NCBI GenBank assembly: GCA_003193925.1
Contig: PSPG01000001.1
Span: 32,001-96,000 of the forward strand
DNA length: 64,000 nt
Direction: 5' to 3'
DNA from: Candidatus Thalassarchaeum betae
Lineage (GTDB): Archaea > Thermoplasmatota > Poseidoniia > Poseidoniales > Thalassarchaeaceae
In this document: piece by piece, positions 39,398 through 49,700 of the stretch
Layout: the number at the start of each line of letters is the position of its first letter
How positions within the stretch are numbered: position 1 is the first letter of the stretch
Translations under genes and position numbers: made by a program
Notes under the pieces: generated by a model
Seen by the model: only the letters and a program-made list of their open reading frames with translations
Databases searched by the model: none
Told to the model about the DNA's origin: nothing

Positions 39398-42300
39398 TCA
39401 GAGGACGCGGCTGTTTAGCTGCTGGGCATCACCCACCACGCCGAACCCGTACTCCTCCTCGAGCGCGCGAGAGACCAGCCTGAAGTCGGAGTCGCGTGTG
39501 GCAACTAAGATGCTGCCGACGTCGTTGATGCTGGTCGAAGCGAGAAGTGCGGCATCGCACATGATGTCCCGATCCCCTCTTTCCGGGTAGATCTCCTCTC
39601 CGCCGATGGACGTCCTCTTCGGTGCTTTGCCACCTCTCCTCTTCTGCTCGTCGACCAGTTGGAAGACCTCACGGTGCCTGACGAGGAACTCGTCCAGCCC
39701 GACGTCGGTCTTGTTCCCCTCCGAGCCGGAGTGCTTCCAGTCACCGAAGGCCGTGCAAATCGCCTGCACCCTCTCCTGGAGGAACTCGGCAGTGATTTTC
39801 TCACCCCACATGCCCTTGTCGATGTACACGTCCTCGAACAGTCCCAAGACGGAGTCCGGGCTCTTCGCCCGATGCAGGAACTCGCCCTTGGCGGCAGGCG
39901 GTATGTGAAGATGAACACGATCTTCCCCTCTCCTGCGTCTCAGCATCCAGTGGAAGGCCCTCTCCACCGTCCAGTCCAGACTTCCTAGGCTATCCACTGA
40001 TATCTCCATCAGCAGGTCGTCTTTCAGCGCCCCGATCAGAATGTTGGTATCGACCAGTATCAGCGGTCTGAGGGACAGGTTCCTCAGCGTCCTCCTGTCC
40101 TTGACCGGTATGGTTCCGCTGTGGCTTCCGAAGAGAGCTCGTTGGGTCCTCTTCAGAGTATTCTTCTGCTTGGCATTGAGGCTGCCAGATTCGATGGCCT
40201 TCTCTAACATCCAGAGTCCACGAAGCGGGTCATCCTCTGTGACTTCCATGCAGATGAGTGTGATTTCCTGAGTGTCCTTCTCCCCCCTCATCTCAATCAG
40301 GAACCTCCTCTCCAAATCGGATTGACGACTAGTCTCGGAGCTCCTCAGCTCCTGAAGAGCGGCCCTGACTCTTCCTTGGAACGGGTCCAGGGGGAGGTCA
40401 TGCTCGTTGGGATACCTCTGCAGGGTCTCCAGAGCCTCGAGGCGCCTCGCCTTGACTCCGTTCCCAGCGCCGTTCCTCGTACGCTCCTCCTCTCGAGCGG
40501 CGAACTCTATCAGGCGACTGCTGGCAGCCTCCTTCTTGCCTTCTTCGTGGTCCCTGCAGATTCTGAGGTAGAGTTTGAATCGGTTCGTGACGGAGCTTGA
40601 GAGAACAGGATGGCCATCGATTAGGGCCACCGCTTCCCTCCACCCCGCGGCGTGAGCGAACTCGATGAGCGACTTGCGCAGTATCAGAGCCGAGCGCTCA
40701 AAGTCCAAGCGTAGTTTCATCGCAGCATCTTTGTAGGCCCGGGCCGCGTTCATACGATCGTCGTTGCCTCGCAGGATGGCGGCCCTGACTATCTGAAACT
40801 CCGCCCCTGACCTGTCGTGGTTGCTATACCACTTCTCCAGAGGCCCGACTCCTACATTGTGCTCGATAACCAGATTGGTCGCGCCACCGATGATGCGCAT
40901 CGACGAGTCTTTGCGACCACAGAGACGACCCAAGGACTCAGCCGCGCTCTCCTCGCGCTCCGTAACTCCACTCTGCAGGTCCATCGCAGCGCGGTTCAGT
41001 AGCAGCGCATCGATGAGAGCGTCGAACAGCCTACTCTCCAGACGGGTGAGTTCGGCGATTTCGATGGAATGTCTCAGATCCTCTATTCTAGCCTCTCTGA
41101 CGACCCCGTCACCTTCGGGAGACAGGGCCCGCCTGACCTCGTTGAGAGCCCTGAGTCCGTCCGAGTCGAGTTTCTTATGCACCGATTCGATGTCTTGCGG
41201 GATTCCGTCTAGCAGGGAGATCAGGGCGATAGAGGCATCCGAGAGGATTCCGTCGTCGACGGAGCCCTCGATCGACATCAGCGCTGACTTTCGCAGCGCT
41301 GACAGATTATCCTTGGAGCCGATGGCGTCCTTCCCACTTATCAGGTGCCAAGCCAGCAGGACCCGATGAGGGTAAGCACGAGCGAGTGACGGGTCTTCCT
41401 TGAGAACGCCAACCAGACCACCGATGTCAGCCGCACTAGTGAACATGTTGAGTATCTCGTCGGTGTGCCTGATGGAGTCCATTTCGGAGAGCCTCCTAGC
41501 GGCCTGCAGTCTGATTCGAATTGGGACGCCATCATGCCTCATCACGAGGAGGGCTCCATCCCCGTCCATGGTGGTCACCGCTTCGGTGACGGAATCGCCG
41601 AGAGCCTCCGAGTCTACCGTCACGAGGATGTCCAAAGCCGTGGAGACTTGCAAGGACCCCTCGATGCCAAGCTTCTCGATGTGCTGAAGCGCTTCGCTGG
41701 CCTTGCCTTCTGAAACCAGGCTCGAGGCGAGGCTCCACTTCAGCGCTTCCGGTATCACCTCACCAACTTCGGCGAGGACCGCGGATCCTGCGAGCAGGTC
41801 TTGCACCGATAACTCAACTCCAGAGTCTTCGACGCGCCGCCAGGCTGCGACTCTGAGTGCCCTAGACAAGCTACCGTCCCCGCTTCGCTTGGCGCAGGCC
41901 TCCCAGTCAGAGAGGTTCCCAGAGCGGATTCTGATCAGCATGGAGTGCCTGCCGGACAGTTCTCCCAATGCGCCGCCCTCCAGTACGTCAAATACTCCTA
42001 GAGCTTCGTCGCTCGAGGCGGATGCTAGCAGGATTCCCTCCAGAAGAGCCCCCTCCTCCCGGAGTCCCCTCAGCGATGGTCGCATAGAGCTGAGCCATCG
42101 ATTAGGCCTCACTCGACCCCCCGAGAGGTCGCGTTTGATGCTCTGCAGGACCGAAGCTTGCTCGGAACTGGTCTTGAACGGCAGATCCACCGAGAGCCAC
42201 ATCTTGAGCTCATTGTGGTCAAGCGGGTCGAAGCGGGCCGCTTGGACCCAGTCCGTGGAGTCGACGACGACAACTTCTGGCTCGACTACTGGGAAGCGCC

Positions 42301-42808
42301 CCATCTCTGCAAGTAGAGGCGCCTCTCTGGCCAACCGCTCCCATACAGGGTGGATACCCTGCTCGCATTCTGATCGGAGAGAGACCATTTCACCATCCCA
42401 CGATGAATCCCACGACGCGCCCATCCGCTGCTTCTGAGCTGCCAGCACAGCGAGTTTGTATGCGGGCGGCTCGCTTGAGCACAGGGCCTCGGCGGGGGTT
42501 GCTAATCGGTCCTCCATGCTCCTGATCTTCCCCCTGCCGCCGCGTCGGCCGAGCCTAGGGCGGCGTCTGCTTGTCGCACCGCTAGGACCAGAGGGGACCT
42601 CGATGCCAATCGCCTCGGGAGCCGCCTTGGTCGCGGCTAGGAAGGCCAACGCCTTCCATTCGAGTGGCAGCAGGGACCAAACCCGAGAATCCCGCACCTC
42701 CTTCCGGCGCCTGCCGAGATCGTCACCGGCTCTCTGAAGGAACTCGAGACACTCGTGAAGATAATCCTCCATCGGACCCCCCGGTAGGTCGGGTCCATGC
42801 ACTTCCAT
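39398..42808 (-). CDS. Large alpha-helical protein with a C-terminal PIN nuclease domain
   Basis: LILVDTNILI...AKGEF...GDRDI...LVATRDSDF in the last ~220 aa; the rest is Ala/Leu-rich and helical. Confidence 0.8.
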   Translation of the reverse strand: MEVHGPDLPGGPMEDYLHECLEFLQRAGDDLGRRRKEVRDSRVWSLLPLEWKALAFLAATKAAPEAIGIEVPSGPSGATSRRRPRLGRRGGRGKIRSMEDRLATPAEALCSSEPPAYKLAVLAAQKQRMGASWDSSWDGEMVSLRSECEQGIHPVWERLAREAPLLAEMGRFPVVEPEVVVVDSTDWVQAARFDPLDHNELKMWLSVDLPFKTSSEQASVLQSIKRDLSGGRVRPNRWLSSMRPSLRGLREEGALLEGILLASASSDEALGVFDVLEGGALGELSGRHSMLIRIRSGNLSDWEACAKRSGDGSLSRALRVAAWRRVEDSGVELSVQDLLAGSAVLAEVGEVIPEALKWSLASSLVSEGKASEALQHIEKLGIEGSLQVSTALDILVTVDSEALGDSVTEAVTTMDGDGALLVMRHDGVPIRIRLQAARRLSEMDSIRHTDEILNMFTSAADIGGLVGVLKEDPSLARAYPHRVLLAWHLISGKDAIGSKDNLSALRKSALMSIEGSVDDGILSDASIALISLLDGIPQDIESVHKKLDSDGLRALNEVRRALSPEGDGVVREARIEDLRHSIEIAELTRLESRLFDALIDALLLNRAAMDLQSGVTEREESAAESLGRLCGRKDSSMRIIGGATNLVIEHNVGVGPLEKWYSNHDRSGAEFQIVRAAILRGNDDRMNAARAYKDAAMKLRLDFERSALILRKSLIEFAHAAGWREAVALIDGHPVLSSSVTNRFKLYLRICRDHEEGKKEAASSRLIEFAAREEERTRNGAGNGVKARRLEALETLQRYPNEHDLPLDPFQGRVRAALQELRSSETSRQSDLERRFLIEMRGEKDTQEITLICMEVTEDDPLRGLWMLEKAIESGSLNAKQKNTLKRTQRALFGSHSGTIPVKDRRTLRNLSLRPLILVDTNILIGALKDDLLMEISVDSLGSLDWTVERAFHWMLRRRRGEDRVHLHIPPAAKGEFLHRAKSPDSVLGLFEDVYIDKGMWGEKITAEFLQERVQAICTAFGDWKHSGSEGNKTDVGLDEFLVRHREVFQLVDEQKRRGGKAPKRTSIGGEEIYPERGDRDIMCDAALLASTSINDVGSILVATRDSDFRLVSRALEEEYGFGVVGDAQQLNSRVL

Positions 42809-42881
42809 ACATCAACACATCGCCTTGCTCTGCAAGGCGCGGGGGGCGAGAACTCAAGGCTTCACAGCCGCAGCACCGGCT

Positions 42882-43349
42882 GTGGAAATCGCTCGCACGG
42901 CCGTGATGCTGCTACACCCGATTGCAGCGCTGACACTGATATGGCTGTTTGCCAAGCAGCGCCGCTGGAGGAAAGAGGGACGTTTACTGAAGGGGGCGGA
43001 GAGGTCCGCTGCACTGGAGTCACACCAGGTCACTGGTGACCGGATGATGGCAGCTGTCTTGGGGGTGATAGCACTGGCGTTCACTGCGCAGTTAGCCAGA
43101 GCCCAGTTCGACGGCGTCGATGCCACCGCCTACCTCGTTCCGGGGCACTTCCACGGCTGGGCGGGGTTGCTCGGCCTCGCCCTGATGCTGAACCTCTGGA
43201 GAATGGGACGCAAGACCCGTAACCAGAAGGCCGAGGGTCAGTCGTTCGCACGCAGCAAGGAGATGCACGGTAAAATCAGCGATCTGATGATGACACTGGT
43301 CTTCATCCACGCTTTCCTGGGCTTCCTCTACCTATTCGCGATCCTGTGA
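42882..43349 (+). CDS. 4-TM membrane protein with His residues (DUF4079/cytochrome b561-like)
   Basis: LLHP, ESHQ, GHFHGW, EMHG, FIHA within or near TM helices. Confidence 0.62.
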   Translation: MEIARTAVMLLHPIAALTLIWLFAKQRRWRKEGRLLKGAERSAALESHQVTGDRMMAAVLGVIALAFTAQLARAQFDGVDATAYLVPGHFHGWAGLLGLALMLNLWRMGRKTRNQKAEGQSFARSKEMHGKISDLMMTLVFIHAFLGFLYLFAIL

Positions 43350-44330
43350 TCAACGCTCCGCCCACATCTCGAGCCAGACCTCCAGATTCGCCTCGATGTC
43401 CCCGTGCTCCACCGGCCGCTTCACGCTGCCGCCTTCCTCCAGCGCCCGAATCCTGCAGCCACATGCATTGGCGTGTCCTCCGCCGTCGAGGTCGAACCTC
43501 GTGGCGAGCCTCGTCAGATCGTATATCCCGCCGGAGGTGTGCAGGAATGAGTTGGTGTAGAACGATGCCGAGACAGGGTATCGCCCCTCTTCTCCGAAGG
43601 AAGCACCGACATCTCCGTGGACCACTATGCAGGCATCGCAGTCGTCGCCGACAAGCGCAGTCACATGATAGCCGTTGGAGCGAACATCCCGGTCCTCCAA
43701 CCTGACGATTGCTAGACGGTCCACGACATAGGTGTTCTCGGCGATGACCGAATCCATCTCGGCCTGCTTTGCCCGCCTTTTCTCAAGTGCGGGCTCAACG
43801 ACTGTATCACTCAGTATCTTATCGACTGAAACGCCGTGCTGCAAGGCTTCGAGTATGTGATTTGCAATACCCGCCTCGATATCAATTACCCGTCCCAGCC
43901 AGATTACCGGGTGGTCGGAGAGGAACTCCTCGCGGTTGATCCCGCCTCCGTCCAGCTTGTCCACCCAGACCAAGAGGTCTTCGAGGTCGCTGAGATCCAC
44001 TTCACCGGCGAGCATATCGTACGCGATTCGAGCCGCGGACGGGGACTCCCTCCAAATGATGACGACACCATGGTCATCGCCCTCACTTGGAGCATTGGAC
44101 TGGTGGTGATCGATGCTCAGCCCGCAGTCCGGGTGTCGGGGCAAATCGCAGACTGCGGTGTGCCTGTCGATATGCTCGTCTAGCAGCCCGGCTCGCAATT
44201 CACCTGGGTGGCCGAAGACCACCTCGGCCTCAGGCCACCAGCGCCTCAGTATCGCTGCGGTGACGACTCCGTCGAGGTCGCTGTCAGTGACTATCCTGCG
44301 AATATCCAGTGCCAGCGCTTCGCGCTCCAT
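43350..44330 (-). CDS. DHH-family phosphoesterase (NrnA/exopolyphosphatase-like)
   Basis: DSDLDG, CDLP, SIDHH, SAAR, GGGHANACG. Confidence 0.9.
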   Translation of the reverse strand: MEREALALDIRRIVTDSDLDGVVTAAILRRWWPEAEVVFGHPGELRAGLLDEHIDRHTAVCDLPRHPDCGLSIDHHQSNAPSEGDDHGVVIIWRESPSAARIAYDMLAGEVDLSDLEDLLVWVDKLDGGGINREEFLSDHPVIWLGRVIDIEAGIANHILEALQHGVSVDKILSDTVVEPALEKRRAKQAEMDSVIAENTYVVDRLAIVRLEDRDVRSNGYHVTALVGDDCDACIVVHGDVGASFGEEGRYPVSASFYTNSFLHTSGGIYDLTRLATRFDLDGGGHANACGCRIRALEEGGSVKRPVEHGDIEANLEVWLEMWAER

Positions 44331-44450
44331 CTCCGCACCAGCCCTAGCCACCCCCCCATTGTGCTTTCGCAGTCGAATGCGGCGAACTCATCAGGATCCG
44401 ATGGGCGCCCTAGTGGCAATTGAGATATGCATGGCCCCTTTGCGAATCCC

Positions 44451-44864
44451 ATGGAGACTTCGTGCGGCTTCGTCCTCGTCAACTACGACAGCGTCCTTCT
44501 ACTGCAATATCCACAAGGCCACTGGAGCTTCCCGAAGGGGCACGTCGAGGCCGGTGAGACCAACCATCACATCACGGCCTCGCGCGAGCTCGCCGAGGAG
44601 ACTGGCATTAACGGGGTGGCGATTGACGACTCGTGGGGGTCGCGCACTCACTACACCTTCCGGAGGAAGGGCAGGGAGATCCCCAAGCAGGTCTACTGGT
44701 ACCTCGCTGAGACGAATGAGTTGGATGTCACCCTCTCCAAGGAGCACACCAACTACCTGTGGCTGGACTTCGAAGGGGCCGAGGCCCAACTTACCTTCGA
44801 CCAGGAGAAGGACCTCCTGCGCTCGGCGAGGGACCACCTGAGGTCAGTCGGAAGGTCGATTTGA
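44451..44864 (+). CDS. NUDIX hydrolase (Ap4A hydrolase-like)
   Basis: GHWSFPKGHVEAGE...ASRELAEETGI Nudix box, LSKEH. Confidence 0.93.
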   Translation: METSCGFVLVNYDSVLLLQYPQGHWSFPKGHVEAGETNHHITASRELAEETGINGVAIDDSWGSRTHYTFRRKGREIPKQVYWYLAETNELDVTLSKEHTNYLWLDFEGAEAQLTFDQEKDLLRSARDHLRSVGRSI

Positions 44865-45473
44865 TCACTCCTCGCGCTTGCCCAGAGGGGTCCATAGGAC
44901 CTCTTCCTCCCCTGTGTGGGAGGAAATCCAGCGCCCGAGGACGAACATCCAGTCCGAGAGCCTGTTGAGATAGGAAACGACCTCTGCCCGTATCGCCTCA
45001 TCTCCGTCCATCTCACGCATCGAACAGGCGTGCCGCTCGGCTCGGCGTGCCACTGTGCGGGCCACGTGGAGAGTCGCTACCGGCGGGGATCCTGTGGGCA
45101 TGATGAATGACTCCAATGGCTCGAGATCCTCCAGCCAAATGTCCATCTCTGCGACCAGCCTGTCGCATGCGTCAGAGCCGATGAGAACCATCTGCTCAGG
45201 CAGCCTGCCAGGCGTGCAGGAGCACTCCCCACCGATGTCGAAGAGCTCCTGCTGGACCCCGCCCATCGCTTCATCCGCGGCGTTGCGGACCTCGAGCGAG
45301 ATGCTTGGCATCCGGTTGAGCTCCATTCTGACGACGCCGATTTGCGAGTTGACCTCGTCAATGGTCCCAAAGAGCCTCACTCGGGGATGCTCCTTGCCGA
45401 CCTTGGTCCCATCGAGCAGACGGGTCTGGCCCGTGTCGCCGGCTCCGGTGTGGACCTTGGTTATTCTAACCAT
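44865..45473 (-). CDS. pduO: ATP:cob(I)alamin adenosyltransferase, PduO type
   Basis: TKVHTGAGDTGQT, GTIDEVNS, QQELFDIG, FIMP, ARTVARRAER, YLNRLSD. Confidence 0.94.
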   Translation of the reverse strand: MVRITKVHTGAGDTGQTRLLDGTKVGKEHPRVRLFGTIDEVNSQIGVVRMELNRMPSISLEVRNAADEAMGGVQQELFDIGGECSCTPGRLPEQMVLIGSDACDRLVAEMDIWLEDLEPLESFIMPTGSPPVATLHVARTVARRAERHACSMREMDGDEAIRAEVVSYLNRLSDWMFVLGRWISSHTGEEEVLWTPLGKREE

Positions 45474-45501
45474 GCTGATTCTCCGATTAGGTTCGGTGCT
45501 A

Positions 45502-46227
45502 TCAATCGTCCCGAAGTGAGGTCGGCTTCGTTTGACTCAGCGCCTTTTCCATGGCACCGATCCACGCTTCGTCGACGGATTCCCAGCCGCCTGCCTTCTC
45601 CAGTTCGAGAATGTGCTCGCGCTCCTCCTCCTGGTTGCCCGCATGGCGGTGAATCAGTGCGAGAGCGGCGTGGCTCATCGCGTTGATCCAGGGATTCTCC
45701 ATGTCCCACGAACGCTCGAAGTGCGAGATGGCTCCATTCGGGCCGTGAATCAGGCCACGCCGAACTTGTCTCAGACCCGATTTCGACCATGAGATGGCTT
45801 GGACACCGACCACGAGGCCTCTGAAAGCCAAGTAGATCTCCAACAGGACCAGGATCGAGGCCACAGTGAATGATCCGATCTGCTCCGTCTGGCCCATGTC
45901 TGCCCACATATCGCCCATGAGGCTGATTGCGCCCATGCACAGCAGGATTCCTCCGAAGGGCGCGACCACGACGTCGTCGCGAAGAACAGCCATGTGGATG
46001 ACCCCGATGACCACGGCTACGCCACCGATGAACGCGGCTACGATTGCCGGGACCGACTCGGTGGTCGGACGAGGTGCCGTGGTCGAGATCCAGAGGACGA
46101 TGCCGATTATGATCAGGACAGCAGCGAACCTGCCGCTGATCTCTGGGAATGGCTGATGACGAGAATAGTACAAGGTGATGACGCCGAGGGCGATGAAGAG
46201 CGCGATCCAGAACCACATGGGAATCAC
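45502..46227 (-). CDS. Hypothetical membrane protein (about 5 TM helices plus a TPR-like tail)
   Basis: Hydrophobic N-terminal two-thirds; 4-nt overlap with the upstream gene. Confidence 0.72.
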   Translation of the reverse strand: MIPMWFWIALFIALGVITLYYSRHQPFPEISGRFAAVLIIIGIVLWISTTAPRPTTESVPAIVAAFIGGVAVVIGVIHMAVLRDDVVVAPFGGILLCMGAISLMGDMWADMGQTEQIGSFTVASILVLLEIYLAFRGLVVGVQAISWSKSGLRQVRRGLIHGPNGAISHFERSWDMENPWINAMSHAALALIHRHAGNQEEEREHILELEKAGGWESVDEAWIGAMEKALSQTKPTSLRDD

Positions 46228-46547
46228 TCCTCCCTTGGTTCGTCACGCCATCCCGGCTTCCAGAAGTCCTCGTCGTCGAGCCACTTCAACCACTCGTCAG
46301 CATCGGCTCGCAATAGCCTGAACGCTCTGCGGTCCAGACCTTCCAGCAGCGACTCGTCAACCTCCCCCTTGCCGTGGGACTCGGCCCACTCTGCCTGAAT
46401 TTGCCTGACTTGGCGATGACCCTCAGCGGAATCGTCGAAGCAACGCTCGCAGACATCCCTGAGGTCCTGGATCCACATCCGGGCGCCTCGCATGTGTGGG
46501 TCTTCGACGAGGGGCTTCTCCCTGCGCTTGAACGGCCACCACCCCAT
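46224..46547 (-). CDS. Small Trp-rich hypothetical protein
   Basis: 107-aa ORF (MGWWPF...), ggtt/gtga RBS-like context, translationally coupled to the downstream gene. Confidence 0.68.
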   Translation of the reverse strand: MGWWPFKRREKPLVEDPHMRGARMWIQDLRDVCERCFDDSAEGHRQVRQIQAEWAESHGKGEVDESLLEGLDRRAFRLLRADADEWLKWLDDEDFWKPGWRDEPREE

Positions 46548-46726
46548 CTCTATCACTAACCCCCCCACAGCCGACTTTCTTGATGCTTTGCGAACCGCTC
46601 AAGTCGGTGGTCGGGCACCAAGCGGCCTATGATACCCGGATAGCGCTGGTGATACGCTTGCGCACGCGCGGGGGGTTCTGTTGATAAGCGGGGCGAATTT
46701 GACGGGCCACTTCGGTGGTCGGCACG

Positions 46727-49700
46727 ATGGACGAGACAAGCACTAGAACAATGAGAGACAGGAGGAAGAACAACTCTGCGATAGCGATGGTACTGCTCAT
46801 GCTGATGAGCGCGCAGCTGTACAGCTTCCAGGATTTCGAGAGGGATGATCCCGAGGAATCCGAATGGGGTGCCGTGCCTCAGAGGACGGCATACCAGCAG
46901 ATGAACCAGGCTTCGGGACCAATGTCAGGAGACTCCCAGGGTCAGCCAGCAGCGGGGTTCGCGTGGGACCAAGTCAGTTTCACCGATCCAAGGTACCACG
47001 ACCCCGCTTCGTTCTTCGGCAAGGTATCGGACCCCTCCATCCTCAACCTCGATGCCGGATACGGTTTCTTCCTCGAGCAGACTCGGACCCAGGACCACGA
47101 CAACGACGGTATCGACGACCTGAATGACCTCGATGACGACAACGACGGAATCAACGACCTCCTCGAGCGCTTCGACGGCTGCTACGGCACCGACCCGTTC
47201 GACCACGATAACGACGGCATCCTCGACGAGTTCGACTGGGACGACGACAGTGATGGCATCCTCGAGGGGCCGATCGACTACTCGCAGGGCACCGACCCGC
47301 GAAACGTCAGCGCCGACCGCTACGTCGAACCCTCCACCGTCCACCCGTGGACCGGGACTCCTGTCGGCACCGGCTACCTCGTCGACCAGAACCCGATGGA
47401 CCACGACAACGACGGGATAACCGATGAGGACACCGACGGCACCGGCCGCGGCTCCTACGACGAGGACGACGACAACGACGGTCGGATTGACCAGTTCAAG
47501 TGGCCCTGCGACTTCGACGGCGATGGCTTGCAGGACTACTTCGACCTCGATGATGACAATGATGGCGTGGCTGACCTGTGGGACGAGCACCCGTGGGACG
47601 CCACGAAGACCGGCAACATCACTGCCACGGCTCCCCTTTGGGAGGGCTGGGTGGTGTGGTCCGCAGGAGCCACTACTCACAACGTCAACATCGTGAGTGG
47701 GGGCTACATCTCGAGTACATTGAACATCAACGCAGGCGACACCGTGGTATGGACCAACACCGACACCGTCGATCATACGGTCACCCACTCCGGCACGACC
47801 TTCGACAGCAACCCGATTTCGCCCGGTGGCACCTTCAGCTACACATTCACCACTGCTGGGACTTACAACTACTCCTGTCTGCTACACCCCACGATGACCG
47901 GCCAAGTGGTCGTCACATCCTCGGGGACGACGGCTAATGTCTACTCGCACTTCGTCGGCGGCGTCGACTACGTGCAGCGCGAGACCATGTGGCACCCGCG
48001 AAACCAGAGCTTCACCATGATTATCGACGGCGACCTCGACGGTGACGGGATCCCTAACTTCCTCGACCCCGACGACGACAACGACGGCACGCCTGACTCA
48101 GCCGACACCGACGACGACAACGACGGCCTGTTGGACATGTACGACGTCGACGACGACAACGACGGCATCCCGGACACCTGCCATCAGATCGACACCAACA
48201 ACGACGGCGTAGGCGACTATCCGATTCCCTACACCAGAATAGAGGTCCCCGGCATCGACTGCGAGATGGATTACGACCGAGACCTCGACGATGACCGGTA
48301 CCGCCCCATAGACCAAGATTACGACTTGGTCTGGGACTGGTTGGACCCTGACATGGGGGGAACTGCTCTCCCAGACAATCCACTCGGTGGACCCGCCTTC
48401 GACGCCAGCGACATCCCATTCGACCTCGACAACGATGGCTTGTTGAACGAGGAGGACCCATTCATGATATCGACTTGGGACGAGGTACAGACTTGGAACT
48501 GCCCGAGCGTAGACAACCCGAACCCGGTCAACTCGCACGAGAACTGCGTGCTGATGCGCAAATCGTACACTGGCAACAACGACTGGGACGGTGATGGGAT
48601 CAACAACTGGGAGGACGTCGACGACGACAACGATGGCATCCTCGACTGGCTCGACCTCGACCCCGATTGCGACTTCGACGACGACAACGACCTCCACCAG
48701 CTGAACGGCTCCATGTACCGCGACGACGGTCCCAACGACATCGACACCGACATCGACGGTGACGGCCTGCCGAATGATGTGGACTGGGACGACGACAACG
48801 ACGGCATCCCCGACTACTACGACCCGGATGACGGCAACTGCGGGATAGTCGACTCAGACAGCACCGACCCGTTCAGCAGCTACTACTACTCACACGGAGA
48901 CGGCGATCCCATCGACGGCTCCGACGACAGTGACATGTACGCTGATGACACGGTGCACACTTTCTACTGGAACCAGAGTTGGATGTTCAATCCGTTCAAT
49001 CTGGAGAACAATTTCGTCCTCGACTACAACGGCTACGTCAACGACGCCACCGGTGTGGTAACCGGCAAGGTGCCCGAGATGTACTGGTACGTCATCATGA
49101 AGTGGAGTCCATACAACGGTGGCAACTACTTCGACATCGACATGGATGGCGACTCCTTAGTCAACGGCATAGACGTCGACCAAGACGGAGACGGCCTGCC
49201 TGACTGGTGGGACCAGGACGAGGGCAATGACGGAGTCCTCGATGTGGACGACATCAAGATGGGGGGCTCCTTCGACGAAGGGACCTGCGGCTCCACATTA
49301 TTCCTAGTCGTCTATCAGATTGCACTGTCCGATCACGCATGCGGCCTCGATTACGCCTGGCTGTACGGTTGGCCTCTCCAGAGGGCTACCCAGACCCAGC
49401 AGAACATCTACACCTCCCCTTACAGCTCCAGACCCGATCCGGAGCACGACGAAGGCGCTTACAACGGGAGCAATTCGCAGGGGCAGTGGACCTGCAACAA
49501 GAACTGCTTCTGGTTCGACTTCTTCGGCAATCAGGACATCGGCCCCAGCTCTGCTGTCACCTACAACCAGATCAAGGACAACCGCGACCTCTGGATTGCC
49601 TACGTCGGCATCAACTACGGCCTGTTCTCCTGGAACTCCGACGGCAACGGAAACATGTTCCCCGACGAGCGAGCCGACCTGTTGAACAACGACGTCGACC

